Below, piece after piece: positions 31,824 to 45,064 of a stretch of 64,000 nt of DNA (positions are counted from its first letter, which is position 1; each line of letters begins with the position of its first letter). Source of the stretch: Eledone cirrhosa (lineage: Eukaryota). A model generated the notes under the pieces. It was given only the letters and a program-made list of their open reading frames with translations. It made no database searches and was not told the origin of the DNA. Made by a program: the position numbers and the translations under genes. Where the stretch lies: contig OZ024742.1 in the NCBI GenBank assembly GCA_964016885.1, positions 205,468,001 through 205,532,000 on the forward strand. The letters run 5' to 3'.

Positions 31824-33259
31824 ATACAAATATATATATATATATACAAATATATATATACATAAACAAATATATATATATATATATATATACAAATATA
31901 TATATATATATATACAAATATATATATATATATATACAAATATATATATATATATATACAAATATATATATATATATATACAAATATATATATATATATA
32001 TACAAATATATATATATATATATATACAAATATATATATATATATATATACAAATATATATATATATACAAATATATATATATATATACAAATATATATA
32101 TATATATATATACAAATATATATATATACATACAAATATATATATATATATATACAAATATATATATATATATATACAAATATATATATATATATATACA
32201 AATATATATATATATATACACAAATATATATATATATATACAAATATATATATATATATACAAATATATATATATATATACAAATATATATATATATATA
32301 CAAATATATATATATATATACAAATATATATATATATACAAATATATATATATATACAAATATATATATATATACAAATATATATATATATATACAAATA
32401 TATATATATATATACAAATATATATATATATATATATACAAATATATATATATATATATATACAAATATATATATATATATATATACACAAATATATATA
32501 TATATATATATACAAATATATATATATATATATATACAAATATATATATATATATATATACAAATATATATATATATATACAAATATATATATATATATA
32601 TATACAAATATATATATATATATATATACAAATATATATATATATATATATACAAATATATATATATATATATACAAATATATATATATATATATATATA
32701 CAAATATATATATATATATATACAAATATATATATATATATATACAAATATATATATATATATATATATATACAAATATATATATATATATATACAAATA
32801 TATATATATATATATATATATACAAATATATATATATATATACAAATATATATATATACAAATATATATATATATATACATATACAAATATATATATATA
32901 TATATATACAAATATATATATATATATACAAATATATATATATATATACAAATATATATATATATATACATATACAAATATATATATATATATACATATG
33001 CAAATATATATATATATACATATACAAATATATATATATATATACATATACAAATATATATATATATACATATACAAATATATATATATATACAAATATA
33101 TATATATATATATATATATACACAAATATATATATATATATACATATACAAATATATATATATATACATATACAAATATATATACATACACAAATATATA
33201 TATATATACAAATATATATATATATATATATATACACAAATATATATATATATATATAC

Positions 33260-33294
<35 letters not shown>

Positions 33295-33420
33295 AATATA
33301 TATATATATATATACAAATACAAATATATACAAATACAAATATATATATATATATACAAATATATATATATATATACAAATATATATATACACAAATATA
33401 TATATATATATATACACAAA
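31824..33420. repeat. (TA)nCAAA microsatellite array
   Basis: Directly visible. Confidence 0.98.
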
Positions 33421-33869
33421 TATTCCAACGTCGCCGTGAGCATTATATTATCTGCATGATGTGGAAAAAGTTTCATCAGCACTGCCCAAATGATGTTGGC
33501 ATCACCCTCAAAATACACCCAAGGTTTGGGCCCCGTGCTATCTGTCCCAAACAAAAATTTAAATCGCAACTCATAACAACAATACGGCACAATTATTTCA
33601 CCTCAATTGGCCCTGCTCTCTTCAACATCACACCAGGACACGTCAAAACAGAAACTGACCACACAAAATTCAAGAAGTCTTTGGACAAATTCCTCCAAGA
33701 AATCCCGGCCAAACCACCCACGCCCGGATATGTCTCCGCAAACAGTAATTCTCTTCCCGAATGAGCCATGGTGCCCAAATCCTGAACTGAAAGACTACGC
33801 CAGGTGGGGCTATTAAGTTAGACATGGCCTGGGCAAATACTGGCCAAAATATTTCAAAGTTATTCAAAG

Positions 33870-33872
<3 letters not shown>
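33421..33872 (+). mobile_element. CR1-group LINE 3' fragment
   Basis: [36 protein letters not shown] resembles ORF2 C-termini of CR1/L2-group LINEs; short TTCAAAGTTA tandem tail. Confidence 0.75.
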
Positions 33873-35320
<1,448 letters not shown>

Positions 35321-35559
35321 TCGTTTCTGAATTTGTTTAGCAAGATTCTTTATCTGAAAACGTGTGTTGAAACCGATATTGTTATACTTTGGGAGGGTCA
35401 TGTTGCCAATAAGAAACACACGCACCAGTTGCTTTCACTTCAATTTATTATAAATTAAATTCATAAATTTCCGGTTGGTTGGTTGGTTCCACAACCAGAC
35501 GATTGTTCATATATTGTCAAAGTTCTTCATCCACCGTATGTAGTTCTCTGGTTACAATC

Positions 35560-36011
35560 AGACAGATAAGATCAGAGTATATAGAGGAGCCAGAACCAAA
35601 TGGGAAAAAATGGTAAATAATGATACAAATGGGACCTGCCCCTTGTCAAGGAGCAAATTTTGGAATAGAATAGAAAGAACTAGGAATAAGGTTAATAGAA
35701 TAAAGTCATGGTATGATAACAATAAATACCAGAGTGTAATGTTCATCAATACAACCCCTAGAGGTGAATTAGCTTACAAATTTAGTAGGGCCCTAGATAG
35801 ACATAAACTCAATATTAAGATAGTAGAAAGACCAGGTACCTCCATAAAAGCACTTATTAGCAATACATACCCTTTTCAAAAACCTCCCTGTATAGATAAG
35901 AAATGTATAATCTGTAAATTAAGCCCCCATATTAACTGTAAAACTAGAAATGTAGTATATTGCATAAGATGTACTGTAGGACAATGTAGAGATAAGAATA
36001 TAGTGTACATA
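35560..36011 (+). pseudogene. PLE linker/GIY-YIG fragment of a different PLE lineage
   Basis: VMFINTTPRGEL..KIVERPGTSIK..C4 linker..NVVYCIRC..C..VYI, ending at the YIG motif where a MITE begins. Confidence 0.75.
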
Positions 36012-36307
36012 TTAACGGCTGAGCAGCCCAATTTGCATATCGAGTGAGTAAATCGGCCGGGGTACCGAAAACGATAAACAGAAAAAATGAAACGGAATTT
36101 CATTTCTCACTCTTAGTACGGCCGTTACTTAAATATAAGTATGTATACGTACATACCTTTATGTATACAGACGTACAGTAGTATGTATATATATATATAC
36201 ATACATGCGCACATATGAAATTTCGTTTCATTTTTTCTGTTTATCGTTATCGGTACCCCGGCCGATTACCTCACTCGATATGCAAATTGGGCTGCTCAGC
36301 CGTTAAT
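36012..36307. mobile_element. MITE with ~92-bp terminal inverted repeats
   Basis: TTAACGGCTGAGCAGCCCAATTTGCATATCGAGTGAG... / ...CTCACTCGATATGCAAATTGGGCTGCTCAGCCGTTAA; TA or TTAA flanks. Confidence 0.88.
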
Positions 36308-36361
36308 ATGCATAAGGAAAGTATATACTTTCAGACGTTCAATCATCTGGCAGGAAGGTAT

Positions 36362-36404
36362 ACGTTGCTGAAGATAGCTAATAAGCTTGAAACTAGTACA
36401 GTGT
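36362..36404 (+). ncRNA. Ultra-minimal hammerhead ribozyme (family 7), 43 nt
   Basis: ACGUUG-CUGAAGA-U-AGCU-AAUA-AGCU-U-GAAA-CUAG-UA-CAGUGU. Confidence 0.85.
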
Positions 36405-36595
36405 TCCTTTGTCAGTGTTGAACAAATGAGCAACGATGGTTGTTAGACACTGTACGGCTTAATTCGGGATGTTTGTTTACAAACACACCGAGCATTATAA
36501 TAAATGTTCGGTGATAGTGCAGTTTTAAATCAACATATGTTGAATTAAAACTGCACTATTCACAAGTGTTTTTTAACCTTCATATTATGTCTCCC

Positions 36596-36666
36596 TATTT
36601 TATCTGACGAAAACCCAAATGTCATTTCATGATGATATTTGTTTTTGAAATGCGCATAATAAAATA
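36596..36666 (+). ncRNA. Hammerhead ribozyme (family 6)
   Basis: UAUUUUAU-CUGACGA-stem II-GAAA-UGCGCA-UA-AUAAAAUA; pairing-preserving differences relative to the 28008 copy. Confidence 0.87.
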
Positions 36667-36696
36667 CATGGAACTCTTTTAACCATCTTTTGATCT

Positions 36697-36737
<41 letters not shown>

Positions 36738-36891
36738 AATATATATATATATATACATGTAGATAAATCTACCAAAAATTTACGGTAGTGTCCAATCCGT
36801 ATGAAGAACTCAATGTAATCCGGATATCATGAAAATAGAAGATGCATTCAAAAACTATTTTCGGTGAAAATTAACGGAAAACAGAGTCAAG

Positions 36892-37266
36892 ATAAATTAA
36901 TAAAATATTGAATGAACAAAGAAACAGTTCCTTATATTAAAAAAAATTCATCATTTTACGATCGTTTCTAGGATATATATGTATTAGAATTGGTATGCAT
37001 ATTCTATAGATCTATGTACAATATTTATACAAACTATCAGAGGGAATATACATACCTACACATATATATGCTGTCTTCTGAAGACAGCATATATATGTGT
37101 AGGTATGTATATTCCCTCTGATAGTTTGTATAAATATTGTACATAGATCTATAGAATATGCATACCAATTCTAATACATATATATCCTAGAAACGATCGT
37201 AAAATGATGAATTTTATTTAATATAAGGAACTGTTTCTTTGTTTATTCATTATTTTATTAACTTAT
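36892..37266. repeat. ~375-bp near-perfect palindrome centred at 37079
   Basis: ...GCTGTCTTC-T-GAAGACAGC... with arms complementary over ~185 bp. Confidence 0.95.
37078..37207 (+). ncRNA. Hammerhead (family 8) with ~105-nt stem II; 5' arm of stem I lost at the inversion point
   Basis: CUGAAGA 37078-37084, AUAUAUAUGU/ACAUAUAUAU and GGUAUGUAUAUUC/GAAUAUGCAUACC helices, GAAA-CGAUCG-UA. Confidence 0.65.
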
Positions 37267-37350
37267 ATATAGATATATATATACAAATATATATATATAT
37301 ATATATATACAAATATATATATATATATATATATATACAAATATATATAT

Positions 37351-38312
37351 AGCTTCCGTTACCTGGGTGACAAAATCAGCAGTGGGGGAGGGTGCTCTGA
37401 AAGTACAGTAGCTAGAGTCAGAACTGGATGGAAAAAGTTCAGAGAGCTTATACCACTATTAGCCGCTAAAGGGTTCTCCCTAAAAATGAAAGGCAGGTTG
37501 TATGATGCCTGCATACGAACAGCAATGTTGCATGGCAGTGAGACCTGGGCATTGTGTGCAGAGGATATACGCAGACTAGAGAAGAACGAAGCTTCCCTGC
37601 TCCGCTGGATGTGTAATAGTAATATACGTGAACGGCAAAGCATAAACGAAGTAAGGAAAAAAATTAGAAATAAGAGGTATCAGATGTTGTTTACTCGAGA
37701 GAAGGCTACGTTGGTATGGTCACGTGATGCGCATGAAAGACGATAGTTGTATAACAAAGTGCAGGGCAATAAAGATAGACAGTAGCCACGGAATAGGCAG
37801 ACCTAGAAAAACCTGGGACGAGCTGATAAACTCCGACCTCACACACTTACACCTCTCCAAGACAATGTCACTGGACCGAGACCTTTGGCGGTACTCAGTA
37901 ATAGAGAAGACCCGCCTTACCTAAATACAAAGTAAAACCTACTACAGGCAGTAGGCATCTCTAACAAAATACACCCCCGTCCCACCACCCCCACCCCATC
38001 CACACCGCCCCTTTCAATGTAAAGTTATGTTGGTGCCACAACATCCAGGCCGAAACAAATGAGATCGTGTAGGTGTCACGACAAAAAAACACACAGTCGA
38101 CGCTGTAATGTGGCCGTGTAAGCAACACGGGAAAAACCTCCCAGCCCCACACTGTAAATGTGGTTGGTGTTAGGAAGGCCATCCAGCTGTAGAAAACCCG
38201 CCAGACAGTCCTATGCGAGCAAGACAATCACTCTTGCCTCAAGTGGGAAAACCCCCGTCCAAACCCATGCAAGCGTGGAACACGGACGTTAAATGTTGAT
38301 GATGATGATGAT
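37351..38312 (+). mobile_element. RTE LINE subfamily B, 3' fragment (frameshift in A-run ~37660)
   Basis: Homologous to 30853-31823; (GAT)n tail. Confidence 0.94.
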
Positions 38313-38329
38313 ATATACAAATATATATA

Positions 38330-40968
38330 CATCATCATCACCGTTTTACGTCCGTTCTTCCACGCTAGCATGGGTTAGACGGGTTGTCCTGTTGTGTGCA
38401 GTGTCTGGTCGGCTGACCATGCCTTGCTCATACAGGAACTGATCTGGCTTGATTTCTACAGTTGGATGCCCTTCCTAACACCAACCTCATTTACAGTGAG
38501 TGCTGGGTGCTTTTTCGTGGCGCCTACACGTCCACTTTACAGTGTGGGCTGGGTGCTTTTTTGCCGTGGCACCTCCACGACCACCTTGCGGTGGGGGGTG
38601 TGGGGGCATATTGTTTATATGCTTCAGCATGTACCCATGGGAGGTCGGGTACTCTGTATTACTGCGTGACGCCAGAAGTCACGGTCGTGTGTCATTGTCT
38701 TTGAGAGGTGTAATTGGGTAAGGTCGGCTTTTATCACCTCATCCCAGGTCATCTTGGGTCTCCCCACTCCGCGGTTTCCATCAACTTCTAGTGCTCTGCA
38801 CCTTTTTATGCAGCTGTCATCCTTCATACGCATCACATGTCCATACCAGTGCAACCGCCTCTCCTGCACACAGCATTTGATTCCTCTTATGCTCAGTCTC
38901 TCTCTCAATTCATTTATGCTTTGTCGTTCACGTATATTACTGTTACACATCCATCGGAGCATGCAGGCTTCGTTTCTCTCTAATCTACGTAAGTCTTCCA
39001 CCTTCAGCGCCCAGGTCTCACTACCATGCAACATCGCTGTTCGGATACACGCATCATACAGTCTGCCTTTCATTCTGAGGGAGAAGCCTTTTGCAGCTAG
39101 CAGTGGTAGTAGTTCCCTAAACTTCTTCCAACCCGTTCTTACCCTAGTTATTGTACTTTCTGAACACCCACCTCCGTTGCTAATTCGGTCACCTAGGTAG
39201 CAGAAGCTGTCTACTGTTTCTACAGGGCCCTCCCAGAGATTGGTGGTACTTGTTTCCTGTGGCTGTTTGCAGCTTGCTGTTTCAGCACAGCTGCTGCATG
39301 TGAATCCTACATTCTTAATTAAGCTTCCTGAGATCCCGCTACATCTCTTGTGTACCCATTGTTTGCATTTGGGGCAGAGAATGGAGTTCCTACCTACACC
39401 TTTCCTACATACTGAGCAAGGCCATTTCCCTGAGGGGATCTGGGTTCTGTTTTCTCGTCTACTTACAAGGACCTTAGTCTTTGTCATGTTGACTTTGAGA
39501 CCCTTTCTTTCTAGTCCCTGCTTCCAGGTTTGGAATTTATTCTCTTGTTCTACCATAGATTCAGCTATGAGTGCGAGGTCATCAGCATACAGGAGTTCCC
39601 ATGGGCATCCGGTCTTAAACTCCTCCATTATTGCCTGCACGACTATGATGAACAGGAGAGGGCTAAGAACAGAGCCCTGGTGGACCCCAACCTGTACGCT
39701 AAATTCCTCGCTATACTCATTGCTAATCCTAACTTTGCCGACTGCTCCCCTATACATGGCTTGTACCGCTTTCACAAGCCATTCATCTATTCCTAGTTTT
39801 CTAAGAGCCCACCAGATTACAGCACGTGGAACTCTGTCAAAGGCTTTCTCAAGGTCGACAAATGCCAAGTAGAGTGGCTTACTTTTAGCTAGGTACTTTT
39901 CCTGTAATTGCCTCACAAGGAAGAGGGCATCAGTGGTGCCTCTTCCTGGTACAAACCCAAATTGCATCTCGTCTATTTTCACCCGGTCCCTAATCAACTG
40001 TGCTATAACTCTTTCTGTTACTTTCATGACCTGGTCCATCAACTTGATACCTCTATAGTTTCCTCTATCTAGTGCATCGCCTTTACCTTTGTAGCAGTTG
40101 ACAATGATGCTACTGCACCAATCTTTTGGTATGGCCCCTTCTAGTATTACCTGGTTAACGATACGTGTGGTTATAGTGTGACCTACAGACCCAGATGCCT
40201 TGAGCATCTCGGCAGCTATATCCGATGGACCGGTTGCCTTCCCCATCTTCATATCTTTGATTGCCTTACTTACCACGCTGCTGCTGACTTGTACTGCTGG
40301 TCCCTCTATAGGGTCTACTTGGGGTAGGGTCTCTTCTTCCCATGCATTCTCCTCATTTAGTAATCTACCATAATGACTCTTCCATGCATCTTTCTTCTCA
40401 GCACTTGTGAGGGCAAGCTCACCTTTATCATTCCGGATACACTTCTCTCCAATGACATCACAACTATCTCTGACACACTGCCTCGCAATCTTGAATACCT
40501 CCTGTTTCTGGTCCCCACGTTGTAAAACATGCTTGAATTTTCTATCCTCTGCTTCCCTCCTAGCTAAGTATACTTGTCGTCTAGCTTCCCTCTTGGTCTC
40601 TATGTAATGTACCCTGCTCCCCCCGTTCTTCCATTCTTTCCATGCCTGTCTCTTGGCCTTAACTGCTTCATATACCTTATTGTTCCCCCACCAAGTCACT
40701 CTCCTCCTGCTTGAGGTCTTACTCCAGCCACAGACCTCATCCGTCGCCTCTAGTAAATTATTTTTTAGGAACTCCCAGTTCTCTTCTACGTTAAATGTCT
40801 CTATCTGTTCTTCTTTACAGTCGTAGGCGTTGAGTAAAATATCTTTAAATCTGTTACTGGTTGAGGGGACTTTCAGCTTCCAGATCTTTCTTCTCCAGGT
40901 TGGCCTCTGTTTCCGGGTTCGTCTAGTTCTGACTGTGAGGTCGCTGACAACTAAGCTATGTTGGGATG
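38330..40968 (-). mobile_element. RTE LINE subfamily A, longest copy (end of AP endonuclease to tail), tail-to-tail with previous element
   Basis: Open frame 38624-40968 from SQHSLVVSD through RT and PHD-type finger. Confidence 0.96.
38624..40968 (-). CDS. RTE ORF (truncated APE end + RT + PHD-type finger)
   Basis: All RT motifs present without stops; the N-terminal YI stretch in the ORF track is microsatellite. Confidence 0.88.
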
Positions 40969-41027
40969 TACATATATACAAATATATATATATATACATA
41001 TATACAAATATATATATATACATATAT

Positions 41028-41064
<37 letters not shown>

Positions 41065-41107
41065 AATATATATATATATATATATATATACAAATATATA
41101 TATATAT

Positions 41108-42131
41108 AGCGGCGATGAATTAGTTTAGCGATGTTTTTTATATGAAATCGTGTGTCGAAACAAATATTGTTATACTTGGGGAGGGTCATATTTGTGTAAT
41201 ATTGCCAGAATTAATAACAGAACACACTCACTGTTTGGTTGGTTTTCGCTTCTCGCTGTCTTTTATATCTGCGATCTAACTTAATCGGTCCTCAATGTTG
41301 CCATTGACTGACCGATTGAATAAAAAATGGCGTAGACATACAACACAACAGGAGGAAAAAATATAACACCACTGACGATGTTGCAGATGCGCAACGAAAG
41401 ATTTATGTAAATTATGTAAACTATATATATGTGTTTGTGTCTATATTGTATCTGTATTATTTTTGACCGTCGGTCAGTCAATGGCAACATTGAGGACCGA
41501 TTAAGTTAGATCGCAGATATAAAAGACAGCGAGAAGCGAAAACCAACCAAACAGTGAGTGTGTTCTGTTATTAATTCTGGCAATATTACACAAATATGAC
41601 CCTCCCCAAGTATAACAATATATATATATATATATATATATACAAATATATATATATATATACAAATATAAATATATATATATACAAATATAAATAAATA
41701 AATACATACACAAGCACAATAACAACAAACACATATAAACACACACTAGTAAAGATAGAATACATTAACCAATACACAGTCACCCAATCACGAACACACA
41801 TCAAACGAAATAAAATAAACAAATAAATAAATATATAAACAGACTAAATAAAGATGGCATAGACATACAATGTAACGGGAGGAAACAATAGTACCACTGA
41901 CGATGTTGCAGATGTGCAACGAAAGAAATTTTATAAACTATATATATGTGTTTGTGTCTATATTGTATCTATATTAATTTTGACCATTGGTCAGTCAATG
42001 GCAACATTGAGGACCGAATAAATTAGATTACCGATATAAAAGACGCAGAAGCGAAAAGCGAAAACCAACCAAACAGTGAGTGTGTTCTGTTATTAATTCT
42101 GGCAATATTACACAAATATGACCCTCCCCAA
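41108..42131. mobile_element. Non-coding element with inverted (41165-41314/41469-41620) and tandem (41325-41610/41853-42131) repeats and hammerhead-like cores
   Basis: pLTR-like inverted + direct architecture; CUGACGA-U-GUUGC..GCAAC-GAAA at 41372-41399 and 41897-41924; 41108-41195 resembles 35320-35405. Confidence 0.6.
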
Positions 42132-42227
42132 ATATATATATATACAAATATATATATATATATACAAATATATACATATATATATATATATATATACAAA
42201 TATACATATATATATATATATATACAA

Positions 42228-42260
<33 letters not shown>

Positions 42261-42269
42261 CAAATATAC

Positions 42270-42314
<45 letters not shown>

Positions 42315-42419
42315 CAAATATACATATATATATATACAAATATACATATATATATACAAATATATATATATATATACAAATATATATATATATATACAAA
42401 TATATATATATATATACAA

Positions 42420-42456
<37 letters not shown>

Positions 42457-42587
42457 AATATACATATATATATATACAAATATACATATATATATACAAA
42501 TATATATATATATATACAAATATATATATATATATACAAATATATATATATATATACAAATATACATATATATATATATATATACAA

Positions 42588-42630
<43 letters not shown>

Positions 42631-42647
42631 AATATATATATATACAA

Positions 42648-42678
<31 letters not shown>

Positions 42679-42681
42679 CAA

Positions 42682-42712
<31 letters not shown>

Positions 42713-42732
42713 CAAATATATATATATATACA

Positions 42733-42770
<38 letters not shown>

Positions 42771-42965
42771 CAAATATATATATATATACAAATATATATA
42801 TATATATACAAATATATATATATATATACAAATATATATATATATACAAATATATATATATATATACAAATATAAATATATATACAAATATATATATATA
42901 TATACAAATATATATATATATATACAAATATATATATATATATATATATATACAAATATATATAT

Positions 42966-42996
<31 letters not shown>

Positions 42997-43691
42997 CAAA
43001 TATATATATATATATATATATACAAATATATATATATATATATACACAAATATATATATATATATACAAATATATATATATATATATACAAATATATATA
43101 TATATATACAAATATATATATATATATACAAATATATATATATATATACAAATATATATATATATATATACAAATATATATATATATATATACAAATATA
43201 TATATATATATATACAAATATATATATATATATACAAATATATATATATATATACAAATATATATATATATATATACAAATATATATATATATATATATA
43301 CAAATATATATATATATATACAAATATATATATATATATATACAAATATATATATATATATATATATACAAATATATATATATATATATATACAAATATA
43401 TATATATATATATATACAAATATATATATATATATATATACAAATATATATATATATACACAAATATATATATATATATACAAATATATATATATATATA
43501 CAAATATATATATATATATATATATACAAATATATATATATATAGGAAGGGCATCCAACTGTAGAAAACCCGCCAGACAGTCCTATGCGAGCAAGACAAC
43601 CACTCTTGCCTCAAGTGGGAAAACCCCCGTCCAAACCCATGCAAGCGTGGAACACGGACGCTAAACCTGATGATGATGATGATGATGATAT

Positions 43692-43722
<31 letters not shown>

Positions 43723-43928
43723 CAAATATATATATATATACAAATATATATATATATATATACAAATATATATATATATATATACAAATATATATATATA
43801 TATACAAATATATATATATATATATACAAATATATATATATATATATATATACAAATATATATATATATATATATATACAAATATATATATATATATACA
43901 AATATATATATATATATATACAAATATA

Positions 43929-43968
<40 letters not shown>

Positions 43969-43996
43969 CAAATATATATATATATATATACAAATA

Positions 43997-44036
<40 letters not shown>

Positions 44037-44321
44037 CAAATATATATATATATATACAAATATATATATATATACAAATATATATATATATATACAAATA
44101 TATATATATATATACAAATATATATATATATATACAAATATATATATATATATATACAAATATATATATATATATATATATACAAATATATATATATATA
44201 CAAATATATATATATATACAAATATATATATATACAAATATATATATATATATACAAATATATATATATATATACAAATATATATATATATATATACACA
44301 AATATATATATATATATATAT
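42132..44321. repeat. (TA)nCAAA array containing an RTE-B 3' tip at 43543-43689 (+)
   Basis: Directly visible. Confidence 0.96.
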
Positions 44322-44428
44322 ATCATCATCATCATCACCGTTTTACGTCCGTTCTTCCACGCTAGCATGGGTTAGACGGGTTGTCCTGTTGTGGGCAGTG
44401 TCTGGTCGGCTGACCATGCCTTGCTCAT
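44322..44428 (-). mobile_element. RTE subfamily A 3' tip
   Basis: Matches 17593-17697. Confidence 0.88.
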
Positions 44429-44484
44429 ATACAAATATCTATCTATCTATCTATCTATCTATCCACCACCACCACCATACTCCT

Positions 44485-44824
44485 CATCATCATCATCATC
44501 ATCATACGTCCGCTTTTCCCTGCTTGCTAGGGTGGGACGGGAACTGATTCTGACTTCATTTCGACAGCTGGGTGCTCTTCCTAACACCAACCTCATTTAT
44601 AGTGAGTGCTGGGTGCTTTTTTGCTGTGGCACCTCCACGAGCACTTTACATTGGAATGATAGGGACCCCAGTCCCTATCATCTCATTTCTACAGCTGAGT
44701 AAACTGGAGCAATGTGAAATAAAGTGCCTTGCTCAAGGAAACAACACATCACCCAGGCTGAGAATTGAACTCACAATCTTTCGATTGCAAGGCCAATGCT
44801 CTAACCACTAAGCCATATGCCTCC
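44485..44824 (-). mobile_element. tRNA-derived SINE (type 1), near full length
   Basis: A box, B box, body, RTE-C-type 3' end, (GAT)n tail. Confidence 0.88.
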
Positions 44825-44842
44825 ATATACATATATATACAA

Positions 44843-44955
<113 letters not shown>

Positions 44956-45064
44956 AATATATATATATATATATATATACAAATATATATATATATACAC
45001 AAATATATATATATATATATATATATACAAATATATATATATATATATATATATACAAATATAT

